DNA of 25,836 bases from Candidatus Uhrbacteria bacterium (GCA_903891735.1 CAITFQ010000073.1:1-25836); one strand, 5' to 3'. Positions 7,920-17,347 are shown, numbered from the stretch's first letter. Translations and numbers: made by a program. Notes: generated by a model from the letters alone, not told the origin.

Positions 7920-9056
7920 TTATTTTGATAACTCTTTTTGTAAGTGTGTGATGACAGTTTTTTCCGCAGCGACGAGATCGATGGCATTGAGGGTGAGGCG
8001 GGCCATAGCGCGAGTGCCGCTCGACTTAAATGGGAGGCCGAGGGATAGGGCGTCGTGGGGGCGTTCGGCGTGGAGGCGAACGGCGATGGTGTCGCCTGGT
8101 TGTTCGTAGAAAATGGCCACGACTTTGGCGTCGGGGGAGGTGTTGAGGAGTTCTTCGACGATGTCGTCGAGCGCGGTGTCGTCGCTGCCAGCGTTAACAA
8201 AGTCTTGGTGAGTGAGGAGCGTCCAGACCAGGCTATGAGCAGCGTCGACCTTGAGGCGAGCGAGAGCACGACCCCACAAACGGAGGGTGGCGACACTACG
8301 GGTGCGGTAGAGTTTGGCAACGATTTCGTCACGACGGGCGCCCAAATTCATGAGACTGCCGACGGCTTTGAGGGTTTTGGGGGTGACGTTGGGAGTTTTG
8401 AAACTCTTGCTTTGCGCTACCATGCCGGTTAAGAAGCAAGTGGCGATGTCGGGGGTGATGATACTTTCGTCGAGGCGCGACATGAGATTGAAGACGACTT
8501 CACCGCAAGCGACGGCGGACACGTCGACGACGTTGAGGGCGCCGAAGTGGTCATTGCTAGGGTTGTAGTCGAGGTTGATGACAGGGGTGTTGAAAATGAA
8601 GTCGGCGTATTTTTGGCCGATAGGGCCCAAGGCGGCCAAGTCAGCAGCGCCGATGGTAATAATTAAATCGTATTTGTAGCTGTTGGTGGCGACCGCAACA
8701 TCGCCCGACTGCCACTCGCCGCTTTTGGGGGTGAGGTGAATGCGCAGGTTCTCGCCGACGACAACATATGAGAATTCGTCGAGCTGGGCATTGGCGACGT
8801 TGACGTTGATGGTGAGGGAACGGATGTTCTGGAGGTCGCCGTGGACTGGGGTCACGCCTGAGAGGAAGCTGAGGGAGGTTGGGGTAGTGCCGCCGGCGCA
8901 GATGATTTCGGTCGGCTTGTTCAGTTGGGTTAGGAGGGCGCAGAGGCCGAAGGCGGTGGCAAAGTCGTCCGTGGTGGCGACCAACGGCAAAAGAATGACA
9001 GGCCGCTCGGCACGGCTGAGGAAAGCGAGGAATTGTTCGTGGGGCAAGAGCGACAT
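7920..9056 (-). CDS. DHH/DHHA1 (NrnA-like) family protein with degenerate catalytic motifs
   Basis: Fold motifs are recognisable (DLIITIG, INLDYNPSNDHFGALNVVD, ACGEVV, IATCFLTGM, LWGRAL). Likely start ATG 9056 (MSLLPHEQF). Confidence 0.8.
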   Translation of the reverse strand: MSLLPHEQFLAFLSRAERPVILLPLVATTDDFATAFGLCALLTQLNKPTEIICAGGTTPTSLSFLSGVTPVHGDLQNIRSLTINVNVANAQLDEFSYVVVGENLRIHLTPKSGEWQSGDVAVATNSYKYDLIITIGAADLAALGPIGQKYADFIFNTPVINLDYNPSNDHFGALNVVDVSAVACGEVVFNLMSRLDESIITPDIATCFLTGMVAQSKSFKTPNVTPKTLKAVGSLMNLGARRDEIVAKLYRTRSVATLRLWGRALARLKVDAAHSLVWTLLTHQDFVNAGSDDTALDDIVEELLNTSPDAKVVAIFYEQPGDTIAVRLHAERPHDALSLGLPFKSSGTRAMARLTLNAIDLVAAEKTVITHLQKELSK

Positions 9057-9152
9057 GTAAGTATGGTGCCACGAAAGCGTGATTGAGGGGTTAGTGTAGA
9101 ATTGATGAAGATGAAAGTCAAGCTGCCAGGTTGGGGCTTCGGCCTGCAATTG

Positions 9153-9181
9153 TTGCTTTTTTATCGCTTTTTATCTACACT
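9153..9181 (+). promoter_or_regulatory. Putative sigma70 promoter for valS-tyrS-argS
   Basis: TTGCTT-17 nt-TACACT, ending 10 nt before ATG 9192. Confidence 0.5.
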
Positions 9182-9191
9182 TGGCCTATCT

Positions 9192-11834
9192 ATGAACGAC
9201 TCTTCTCCCGAATTCATGAAGGCCTACGAACCCCAGGGGGTAGAGGACGCGATTTACCAAAAGTGGCTGGATAGTGGCTACTTTACGCCAGAGAATTTGC
9301 CGGATTTCGCTGAGCGTAAAGAAGTTTTTAGTATTGCGATGCCGCCACCGAATGTGACCGGTGTGCTTCACTTAGGGCACTCATTGGAGAATTCGTTGAT
9401 GGATGCAATGGCTCGTTATCAGCGATTGTTGGGCAAGAAGGTTTTGTTGGTGCCGGGTACTGACCATGCCGCTTTGCCGACCCAGGCCAGGGTGGAGAAG
9501 ATGCTCATGAAGGATGGCTTGAAGAATCCGCGCCAGGAGTTGGGACGCGAGGGGCTGGTGGCTAAAATTCGTGAATACGCCGAGCAGTCGCGCTCGACTA
9601 TTTTGAGTCAGATTAAAAAGATGGGTACGAGCTGTGATTGGTCGCGGCTAGCTTATACGTTTGATGAGCCACGCAATGTAGCTGTAAACGAGTTGTTTAA
9701 ACGAATGTATAATGACGGTTTGATTTACCGTGGCTATCGCGTGGTGAATTGGTCGGTGAAGGGTCAGTCGACTTTTTCTGACGATGAAATAATGCACGTC
9801 GAACGGGCAGCTAAGCTCTATACTTTTAAGTATGGCAAGGATTTTCCGATTGCGATTGCAACTACTCGTCCAGAGACCAAACTCGGTGATACGGCGGTAG
9901 CGGTACATCCTGACGATGAACGATATCAGAAATTTATTGGTCAGACTTTTACGGTTGACGTTGGTGCGGCCGAGCCACTTAAGATTAAAATTATTGCGGA
10001 TCAGAATGTCGACCCTAAGTTCGGGACTGGAGCTTTGGGCGTCACTCCAGCGCATAGCGCGATTGACTTCGCGATGTACGAATTGCAAAAAATGCAAGGT
10101 AATCCGATTGAGATTATCCCGGTTATTGGCAAGGACGGAAAGATGACGGCCGCGGCTGGTCAGGAATATGTCGGGTTGAATGTTGAAGAAGCGCGTGAGA
10201 AGTTTGTAGCCTGGTTGAGGGCGCAAGATTTGTTGATTAGTGAAGAGGACATTACCCAGAATGTAGCGACCAACGATCGTTATGGCGATGTGATTGAGGC
10301 AATTCCGATGGAGCAGTGGTGGTTGGACGTTAACAAAACTATTCCACAAATGGGAAAATCGTTGCGCGATTTGTTGCGTGAAGCGGTAACAAGCGGTCTC
10401 AATGGTGAGGCTGCGCAGAAGGTGGATATTTCGCCGGAACGCTCGATTAAGATTTATTTGGATCGAGTAGAAAGTTTGCGCGACTGGTGTATTTCGCGGC
10501 AGATTTGGTGGGGACACAGGATTCCTGTTTGGTATAAAGATGGTGAGATGGTGGTTAGCGAAGTACCAATGGGCGAGGGTTGGGTTCAAGATGAGGATAC
10601 GCTTGATACTTGGTTCAGTTCAGCCACTTGGACGTTTTCCACTTTGGGTTGGCCAAAACAAACGGCTGACTTGGCAACGTACCATCCGACCAGTTGGATG
10701 CAGATGGGTAGCGATAACATCTATTTGTGGATGATGCGCATGATTTTGATGAGCGCTTATGCCTTGCAGCAGATTCCGTTTAAGGAAGTTTATTTCCATG
10801 GCATTTTGCGTGACGATCAAGGGCGTAAGTTCTCTAAATCGTTAGGAAATTCGGTTGATCCATTGGAGGTAATCGCGCAGTATGGTTGCGATGCTTTGCG
10901 TGTTAGTTTGTTGGTGGGTAATACGCCGGGTAATGATTCGCGTTTTTCCGAGGAGCGAGTAGGCAGTGCGCGCAACCTCGTCAACAAGATTTGGAATATT
11001 TCGCGTTATATTTCCATGAATGTTGGGGAGTTGCGTCATGTTGAGTTAGTCTTTCCGAAAACGTTAACGGATAAGTGGATTTTGGGTTGTTTGGCGCAGA
11101 CGGTGGAAAAAGTTTCTAAACTTTTCGATCAGAGCGATTTCTCCTTAGCGACTGAAATACTGCGCGAATTTACCTGGACTGATTTTGCTGATTGGTACTT
11201 GGAGATCGCGAAAGTTGAAAAAGGGAAAGATGATATTCTCAATTACATTCTGGAACGGTTGTTGATTTTGTGGCATCCGTTCATGCCGTTTGTGACGGAG
11301 GAGATTTATGCCAGGTTCAATAATGGAATGTTGCTGGTGGCGAAGTGGCCTGACATCGAAGATTTGAAAGAGGTTACTTCAAGCGTCGACCATCTTACTT
11401 TTACGAATTTGCAAGCTACAATTTCAGCGATTAGAAATATTCGTGCTGAATATCAGGTAACCCCGAAGCAATTAGTAGATGTAGTTCTGTCTGATAAAGA
11501 GATACTGGCTTATAGTGATATAATCATAGCGTTGGCTAAGGTTCGATATTTGACTGTCGGAGTAAAGCCAGAACAGGCAGCTAGTGCTGTGGTTGGGTTT
11601 GCCGAGGTTCATGTATCACTTGAAGGTCTTGTTGATACGGAGAAAGAAAGGACGAAGATCGAGGCTGAGCTGGTGAGTACGAAGAAGTATATCGAGGTGC
11701 AAACGATGAAACTCGACAATGCGGATTTTGTCAGCCGTGCGCCAGAGAAGGTGATTCTTGGGGAGAAGGCTAAGTTGGCCGAGGCGATCGATAAGGTGAC
11801 GAAGCTCGAACAGCAATTGAGTAGCATGAAATAA
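9192..11834 (+). CDS. valS: Valine--tRNA ligase
   Basis: PPPNVTGVLHLGH (HIGH), PGTDHA, DWCISRQIWWGHRIP, DEDTLDTWFSS, KFSKS (KMSKS) and a C-terminal coiled coil. Start taken at MNDSSPEF. Confidence 0.97.
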   Translation: MNDSSPEFMKAYEPQGVEDAIYQKWLDSGYFTPENLPDFAERKEVFSIAMPPPNVTGVLHLGHSLENSLMDAMARYQRLLGKKVLLVPGTDHAALPTQARVEKMLMKDGLKNPRQELGREGLVAKIREYAEQSRSTILSQIKKMGTSCDWSRLAYTFDEPRNVAVNELFKRMYNDGLIYRGYRVVNWSVKGQSTFSDDEIMHVERAAKLYTFKYGKDFPIAIATTRPETKLGDTAVAVHPDDERYQKFIGQTFTVDVGAAEPLKIKIIADQNVDPKFGTGALGVTPAHSAIDFAMYELQKMQGNPIEIIPVIGKDGKMTAAAGQEYVGLNVEEAREKFVAWLRAQDLLISEEDITQNVATNDRYGDVIEAIPMEQWWLDVNKTIPQMGKSLRDLLREAVTSGLNGEAAQKVDISPERSIKIYLDRVESLRDWCISRQIWWGHRIPVWYKDGEMVVSEVPMGEGWVQDEDTLDTWFSSATWTFSTLGWPKQTADLATYHPTSWMQMGSDNIYLWMMRMILMSAYALQQIPFKEVYFHGILRDDQGRKFSKSLGNSVDPLEVIAQYGCDALRVSLLVGNTPGNDSRFSEERVGSARNLVNKIWNISRYISMNVGELRHVELVFPKTLTDKWILGCLAQTVEKVSKLFDQSDFSLATEILREFTWTDFADWYLEIAKVEKGKDDILNYILERLLILWHPFMPFVTEEIYARFNNGMLLVAKWPDIEDLKEVTSSVDHLTFTNLQATISAIRNIRAEYQVTPKQLVDVVLSDKEILAYSDIIIALAKVRYLTVGVKPEQAASAVVGFAEVHVSLEGLVDTEKERTKIEAELVSTKKYIEVQTMKLDNADFVSRAPEKVILGEKAKLAEAIDKVTKLEQQLSSMK

Positions 11835-11838
11835 TTAT

Positions 11839-13038
11839 ATGGTTATTACCGATCAAAATAAGATTAATGAGGTGCTGACGCGGGGCGTGGAGAGCGTGTT
11901 GCCGACAAAAGACGCGTTTGCGGCTTTGCTTGGTAGCGGCAAGCGCTTGCGGATGTACTGTGGTTTTGATCCGACGGCCAAGTCGCTGCATATTGGGCAC
12001 GCGATTCAGTTGCGGAAGTTAAGGCAGTTCCAAGACTTGGGCCATGAGGTGATAATGCTGATTGGTTCGTTTACGGCGATGATTGGCGATCCGACCGATA
12101 AGGCAGCGGCGCGCGTGCAGCTGACGGCTGAACAGGTGAAAGAGAATGCGGCTAATTGGAAAAAGATGGCGACTAAGTTTTTGCGTTTCCGCGGGGAGAA
12201 TGCAGCGTTGTTAATGCGGAATGATAAGTGGCTGGCTAAATTGACGATGAAAGAAGTGGTCGATTTGGCGAGTAATTTTACGGTGCAGCAGATGATTGAA
12301 CGTGACATGTTTAAGAAACGTTGGGATGAAGGTAAGCCGATTCATGTGCATGAATTTATGTACCCATTGATGCAAGGGTATGATTCGGTGGCCATGGTTG
12401 TCGATGCTGAAATTGGTGGCAATGACCAGCTGTTTAACATGTTAGCAGGTCGAACTTTGGTTAAAGCATTACAACATCGAGAGAAGTTCGTCGTCGCTTT
12501 GAAGTTACTGACGAATGATGAAGGCAAAAAGATGAGTAAGAGTGAGGGTGGGTTTATTGCGATTGATGATGCGCCGGAGGAAATGTATGGTAAGTTGATG
12601 GCCATGAATGATGGCATGATTGTGCCGTACTTGGAGCTCGTTACTGATGCGACGAGAGAAGAAATCGATGAGATGAAAACGAAGTTAGTAAGTGGCGAGA
12701 ATCCACGAAATGCGAAGATGAGATTGGCCAAGATGGTGGTGCAGCAATTTCATGGAGTACGAGCTGGAACTAAAGCGCAGAAGCATTTCGTCGACGTTTT
12801 TCAGAAGAAAGAAATGCCAACCGAGATGATTGATTTTAAGGTTAACGAAGCAATGACGCTGGCGGATTTGTTGGTGGTCACGAAGCTGGCGGAGAGTAAA
12901 GGTGAGGCTCGACGGTTAGTTGAGCAAGGCGGGATTACGTTGGATGACGTGAAGTTGAGTGATGCGTTTGCGATGATGACGCCGGGAACGAGTGGGGTGT
13001 TACGTCGTGGTAAGCGACAGTTTGTGAGACTCAGTTAA
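11839..13038 (+). CDS. tyrS: Tyrosine--tRNA ligase
   Basis: YCGFDPTAKSLHIGH, YPLMQGYD, GGNDQLFN, KMSKS and a C-terminal S4 domain. Confidence 0.97.
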   Translation: MVITDQNKINEVLTRGVESVLPTKDAFAALLGSGKRLRMYCGFDPTAKSLHIGHAIQLRKLRQFQDLGHEVIMLIGSFTAMIGDPTDKAAARVQLTAEQVKENAANWKKMATKFLRFRGENAALLMRNDKWLAKLTMKEVVDLASNFTVQQMIERDMFKKRWDEGKPIHVHEFMYPLMQGYDSVAMVVDAEIGGNDQLFNMLAGRTLVKALQHREKFVVALKLLTNDEGKKMSKSEGGFIAIDDAPEEMYGKLMAMNDGMIVPYLELVTDATREEIDEMKTKLVSGENPRNAKMRLAKMVVQQFHGVRAGTKAQKHFVDVFQKKEMPTEMIDFKVNEAMTLADLLVVTKLAESKGEARRLVEQGGITLDDVKLSDAFAMMTPGTSGVLRRGKRQFVRLS

Positions 13039-13064
13039 TAGGTCGAATAGGACCAATAAGACCT

Positions 13065-14771
13065 ATGTATACACTTGATAAAGCAAGAAAAGAGGCGTTG
13101 GTGAGTTTAAAGAAGACGCTGGGGAAGAAGTTCCTGGTGACGCCAGATATGTTGACTGCGGCGCCGAAGCCGGAGTTGGGTGATTTGTCGTTCGGCTGTT
13201 TTGCGTTGGCTAAGGGACAAGGGAGGAATCCAGTTGAGGTAGCGACCGAGTTGGCGGCGCATTTGGGATTGAGTACGCTGATTAGTAAGATTAGCTCGGC
13301 TGGGCCGTATGTTAATTTTCATTTTAATGAGGCGAACTTTGCGTCATTAGTTTTGCATGACGTGTTGAAGATGAAGAAGCGTTATGGGCAGGGGACGGCG
13401 GGGAAGGGTAAGAAAGTGTTAGTGGATTTTGCGCAGCCAAATACGCATAAAGAATTTCATGTTGGGCATATTCGCAATGCCTTGCTAGGGCAATCGATTA
13501 TCAATGTGCTCCGAGCTAGTGGCTACGAAACGATTGGAGCAGCGTATATTGGTGATATTGGCGCGCACGTAGCCAAGGCATTGTGGGGATATGAAAAGTG
13601 GTACAAGGATATTAAGATTGAGAAGAGTGAGCGCGCTAAGGTGCTGGGCGAGATTTATACTAAGGCGACGCAGTACGTGGCGGATCACGAGGAGGCGAAG
13701 TTAGAGATTGCCGAAGTGCAGAGGAAGTTAGAGGCGGAAGAGGAGCCGTGGTTGGGTTTGTGGAAGGAGACGAGGGAGTGGAGTCTGGCGTCCTTCCGCG
13801 AGATTTTTGGCGAGCTTGGGGTGAAGCCTGATGAATGGTATTTTGAAAGTCAGGTGGAGAAGCCGGGGAAAGAATTGGTTAAGAAGATGTTAGTGGAAGG
13901 GATTGCGAAGAAGAGTGAAGGGGCGACGATTGTCGACCTGGAAGATGAGAAGTTGGGTGCGTTTTTGGTTTTGAAAACGGATGGATCTTCGTTGTATGCG
14001 ACGAAGGATTTGGCGTTGGCGTTTAAGAAGGATGAGGATTATCACGCGGACAGGCAGATTTTTGTCATCGATGTGCGACAGAGTTTGTACATGAAGCAGT
14101 TGTTTGTGACGTTGCGACGATTAGGATTCACGCCGGACCTGGTGCATATTGGTTATGAGTTGGTGAATTTGCCGGAGGGGACGATGTCGTCTCGAACCGG
14201 GAATGTGGCGAAGTATGAGGATTTGCGTGACGCCATGCGGGCTAAGTTGACGGAGGAGACGGTGTCGCGTCATGCGGATTGGCGGGCGAAGAAAGTGAAG
14301 TTGAACGCCGAGGCGCTGACGCAGGCGGGGATTGCCTTTACCATGTTGCGCCAGGATCCGGGGAAGATTATTACGTTTGATATGGCCGAGGCGATGAGCG
14401 TCGACGGCTTTACGGGCCCGTATATTTTGTACACGATTGCTCGCATCTACAGTTTGGAGGCTAAGGCTGATATGCCGCCGATAATGTTGGGCGAGCAGTT
14501 GACGCACCCGCTGGAGGCTCAGTTGTTGCGCTTGGTGGCGGAGTTCCCGAGTGTTGTCGGCAAGGTGGCAGCGAGCTATCAGGTGAGCATGATTGCCCAG
14601 AAAACTTACGATTTAGCTAAGGTTTTTGCCGAGTATTACCATCAAGTGCGGGTTTTGGACGACGTCAACCATGACCGCAAGGGGGCGCGATTGGCCTTGC
14701 TCGCTGTGGTCAGGCAGACACTTATCAACAGCTGTGACTTGCTCGGCATGCAGACAGTCAAGGAAATGTAA
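13065..14771 (+). CDS. argS: Arginine--tRNA ligase
   Basis: GDLS, AGPYVNF, QPNTHKEFHVGHIRN, DGSSLYATKDLA, MSSRTG, GPYILY and a terminal xEM. Confidence 0.96.
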   Translation: MYTLDKARKEALVSLKKTLGKKFLVTPDMLTAAPKPELGDLSFGCFALAKGQGRNPVEVATELAAHLGLSTLISKISSAGPYVNFHFNEANFASLVLHDVLKMKKRYGQGTAGKGKKVLVDFAQPNTHKEFHVGHIRNALLGQSIINVLRASGYETIGAAYIGDIGAHVAKALWGYEKWYKDIKIEKSERAKVLGEIYTKATQYVADHEEAKLEIAEVQRKLEAEEEPWLGLWKETREWSLASFREIFGELGVKPDEWYFESQVEKPGKELVKKMLVEGIAKKSEGATIVDLEDEKLGAFLVLKTDGSSLYATKDLALAFKKDEDYHADRQIFVIDVRQSLYMKQLFVTLRRLGFTPDLVHIGYELVNLPEGTMSSRTGNVAKYEDLRDAMRAKLTEETVSRHADWRAKKVKLNAEALTQAGIAFTMLRQDPGKIITFDMAEAMSVDGFTGPYILYTIARIYSLEAKADMPPIMLGEQLTHPLEAQLLRLVAEFPSVVGKVAASYQVSMIAQKTYDLAKVFAEYYHQVRVLDDVNHDRKGARLALLAVVRQTLINSCDLLGMQTVKEM

Positions 14772-14789
14772 GGTAACATAACAAAAGTT

Positions 14790-15194
14790 ATGGCTTTTGG
14801 AATATCTACTATGGCAAAACACAACGGTGAGGAGACGGTGATTGCACACGGCGTGCGAGTGGAGGGTGAGTTTGTGAGTGGCGGCAACGTCGTGATTGAA
14901 GGCGATGTGCAGGGCTTGATTCGTACCTCTGGTGATTTGCGAGTTGGTGATGAAAGCAAAATTGTGGCTGACGTGACCGCGGCAAATGCCGTGATTGCCG
15001 GCGAAGTGCGCGGTAATATTACGGTTAGCGGTAAGTTGGAGTTATTGGCGACGAGTAAGATTATTGGCGACGTGGCGGCGGAAATTATTTCCGTGTTAGC
15101 CGGCGCACAAGTGAATGGCCGGGTGACGATGGACGGCACAGCTGGCGTCAAAGCGAAAGTAGCCAGAGAAGAAGTAGAGTCTGACGTCGAATAA
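14790..15194 (+). CDS. Bactofilin (polymer-forming cytoskeletal protein, CcmA family)
   Basis: ETVIAHGVRVEGEF..IEGDVQG..VIAGEVRGNI..AGAQVNG beta-helix repeats. Confidence 0.9.
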   Translation: MAFGISTMAKHNGEETVIAHGVRVEGEFVSGGNVVIEGDVQGLIRTSGDLRVGDESKIVADVTAANAVIAGEVRGNITVSGKLELLATSKIIGDVAAEIISVLAGAQVNGRVTMDGTAGVKAKVAREEVESDVE

Positions 15195-15199
15195 AAAGT

Positions 15200-15940
15200 G
15201 TGTATCTTTACGTGTACGACGAAATTGTCCAAGGTCAACGCTTCGAGCGTGAACTGGCGCTAATCGAAACACGTTTGACTGACTTAGGGATTAGCGGCAA
15301 AATTGCCCGCTTGGCTTTGTTTCGTGATGCTGAAGAATTGATTAAAGATGAGATCAGACGGGGGACGCAGACGGTGGTGGCGGTGGGGAACGACCAGACG
15401 TTGCGGAAGGTGATGGATGCAGTTGGTGATCCGAAAGTGGTCGTCGCGATTATTCCGCTCGGCCCTGGGAATAATATTGCGCAGATTTTGGGTGTGCCAA
15501 GTGGGGTGGCGGCCTGTGATGTGTTGTCGGCTAGGCTGGTAGAAGAGTTGGATTTGGGCAGCGTCAACGGCATGCGGTTTTTGCATGTGGTGACGCTCGA
15601 AGGTGCGCAACCAGCCTGCACTTTTGAAGGTAATTATACTTTGACGCCGGCGGTGAAAAGCAGTTTGGCGATTAGAAATTTGGCGGAAAGTGATGAGCTT
15701 GGTGCGGCTAACCCGACAGATGGAAAGCTAGAGTTTGTGATGAAGACGCCCAGGCGGAGCTGGCTTATTAAGAAAACTGATGAGGTGTCGACTGTGCCGT
15801 TTAAGAAGCTGCAACTGAAGAGTTCAGAAATGATGAGTATGTTGGTTGATGGGGAAAAATTAGAGGGGACGGAGTTTGAGATTAAGGTGTTGCCGCGGCA
15901 AGTAAAGATTGTAACGGGGAAGGATAGGAAGTACGTTTAG
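15200..15940 (+). CDS. Diacylglycerol kinase catalytic-domain (YegS/DAGK-like) protein
   Basis: VVAVGNDQT (variant of GGDGT), IIPLGPGNNIAQILG, LDLGSVNG and MLVDGE; GTG start. Confidence 0.75.
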   Translation: MYLYVYDEIVQGQRFERELALIETRLTDLGISGKIARLALFRDAEELIKDEIRRGTQTVVAVGNDQTLRKVMDAVGDPKVVVAIIPLGPGNNIAQILGVPSGVAACDVLSARLVEELDLGSVNGMRFLHVVTLEGAQPACTFEGNYTLTPAVKSSLAIRNLAESDELGAANPTDGKLEFVMKTPRRSWLIKKTDEVSTVPFKKLQLKSSEMMSMLVDGEKLEGTEFEIKVLPRQVKIVTGKDRKYV

Positions 15941-15956
15941 AGGCTATCGTCGCCGT

Positions 15957-16147
15957 GCATCTGCCAGGTAGTCCTCCTCCTAGCTGCGCCATCGTCAACC
16001 GTAATGGCCGGCTCACCTCGGCCAGCTCAGCTGGCCAGGTCTGACTCGGGCGCCATTACAGGGCCGACGGCTGGCGTCGTCAGAGAACTACCCGACAGCT
16101 GCTGGCTCCTACGACCCACTACAAGACTTCTGGCTCGCTAACGACCT
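15957..16147 (+). repeat. Dispersed long-hairpin repeat, copy A
   Basis: GTAG foot (15968) pairs with CTAC (16088). Core CGTCAACC-GTAATGGC...GCCATTAC-AGGGCCGA; near-identical to copy D. Confidence 0.9.
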
Positions 16148-16580
16148 TTGTGGCTGCTTTCGGATAAAAGAAGTAACTGAGGACGAAGAGCAGGGTTGAG
16201 GTGATGGCGGAGCCGAGGCACCATTGGCAGATAGCGTGAATGAGGAAGATTTGGGCGAAGAGAAACCAGAGTGACATTAAGAAGCCGGCTAGGGAAAAGC
16301 GGGTGATGAGGCGGAAGATCCGTTCTTTTTTTGATTCGAGAGAGATAATCGTCCCGAAGATTAGGGTGAAGTAATAGAGGCTGCCGAGGAGGGCGACTGG
16401 AATGCCGAGGATGAGGGAGTATTGGCTGGTGGTGACGAGTTCGCAGCCGTGGGTGAGGGAACAGGGGACGATGGTTTGAGTGAAGTGTTTGATAGCCAAC
16501 CAAGTAGCGTCGCTAAAGCCGAGAACGGCCAGGACGATAAAGACAAAGGGGAACCAGGGTTTGGTTGGGGTGAGACTCAT
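16119..16580 (-). CDS. Vitamin K epoxide reductase (VKOR) family disulfide-bond formation protein
   Basis: CSLTHGCELVTTSQYS, LGIPVALLG and C-terminal CQWC, with four TM segments. Confidence 0.92.
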   Translation of the reverse strand: MSLTPTKPWFPFVFIVLAVLGFSDATWLAIKHFTQTIVPCSLTHGCELVTTSQYSLILGIPVALLGSLYYFTLIFGTIISLESKKERIFRLITRFSLAGFLMSLWFLFAQIFLIHAICQWCLGSAITSTLLFVLSYFFYPKAATKVVSEPEVL

Positions 16581-16583
16581 AGA

Positions 16584-17273
16584 CTACGGAGTAGTGGTCG
16601 GTGCTTGAGCGGTTTTAGCGAGAGCAGATTCAATGACGGCAGCGAAGGCGTTGTAGCTAGCAGGGTTGGCGATTTTTACGCCCTGGAGGAAGAAAGTAGG
16701 AGTACCGTCAATGCCGGCGGCCAAGCCACTGCGATAGTCGGCTTCGATGCGATCACGGACAGCGACGGAGCCAGAGTCGGCGTTAAACTTGTCCATATCG
16801 AGGCCGAGTGATTTAGCGTAGCCTTGGAAGGTTACCTTGGGGTCGGCGAGATCTTGCCAGCTGGTTTGATTGGCATAGAGGACGTTGTGCATTTCCCAGA
16901 ACTTGCCTTGCAGGCCGGCGGCACCAGCAGCTTCCGCAGCAGCTTCGGCGTTGGCGTGCTTTTCGCGGAGGGGGAAGTTGCGGTAGACGAAGTCGACGCG
17001 ATCGCCGTAGACGCTAATAAGTTGGGCGAGTAGTGGGTCGAATTGGCCGCAGGCTGGGCATTGGAAGTCGGCGTATTCAACTAAAGTGACGCTAGCTTCC
17101 TGGTTGCCTTTTTGCCAGTCATTGTTGGTGACGACGCTGGCCAAGGGTACTGGAACGGTCAGTTCTGAGCTTTTGACAGCGCTATAAATGCCGAAAACGA
17201 GTAAGGCGAGAACTGCTAGAGCGATCAAGTAATAGCTGAGGCGGACGAGGAGGTTCTTAGTTTGATATTCCAT
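16584..17273 (-). CDS. dsbA: DsbA-family thiol-disulfide oxidoreductase with N-terminal membrane anchor
   Basis: VEYADFQCPAC, YRNFPL, QGKFWEMH and cis-Pro GTPTF. Confidence 0.9.
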   Translation of the reverse strand: MEYQTKNLLVRLSYYLIALAVLALLVFGIYSAVKSSELTVPVPLASVVTNNDWQKGNQEASVTLVEYADFQCPACGQFDPLLAQLISVYGDRVDFVYRNFPLREKHANAEAAAEAAGAAGLQGKFWEMHNVLYANQTSWQDLADPKVTFQGYAKSLGLDMDKFNADSGSVAVRDRIEADYRSGLAAGIDGTPTFFLQGVKIANPASYNAFAAVIESALAKTAQAPTTTP

Positions 17274-17347
17274 AATGAGCCCAGTTTAGCGCAAACTTTG
17301 ATTTGGAGCAAACAAAAATCCCTTAGCGCTAGGCTAAGAGATGTTTG

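Noticed and set aside
514-8432. Plus-strand ORFs antisense to cmk, kamA, the CCA-like and DHH genes (for example 514..840, 6522..6917, 8055..8432)
   Set aside because: Gly/Val/Glu-rich shadow frames produced by the C-ending codon bias of the real minus-strand genes.
9057-9191. T-box riboswitch upstream of valS
   Set aside because: Only 135 nt shared with a divergent gene, no TGGNACC T-box motif, and a promoter-like sequence lies 10 nt from the ATG.
9057-9191. N-terminal extensions of valS (from 9102) and the DHH protein (from 9149)
   Set aside because: They would overlap each other head-to-head across the promoter region; downstream ATGs fit family lengths better.
9648-10589. 313-aa ORF antisense to valS
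   Set aside because: It is in codon register with valS. Antisense stops need sense TTA, CTA or TCA codons, which are scarce on this G/T-ending strand. No recognisable motifs, so best explained as a shadow ORF.
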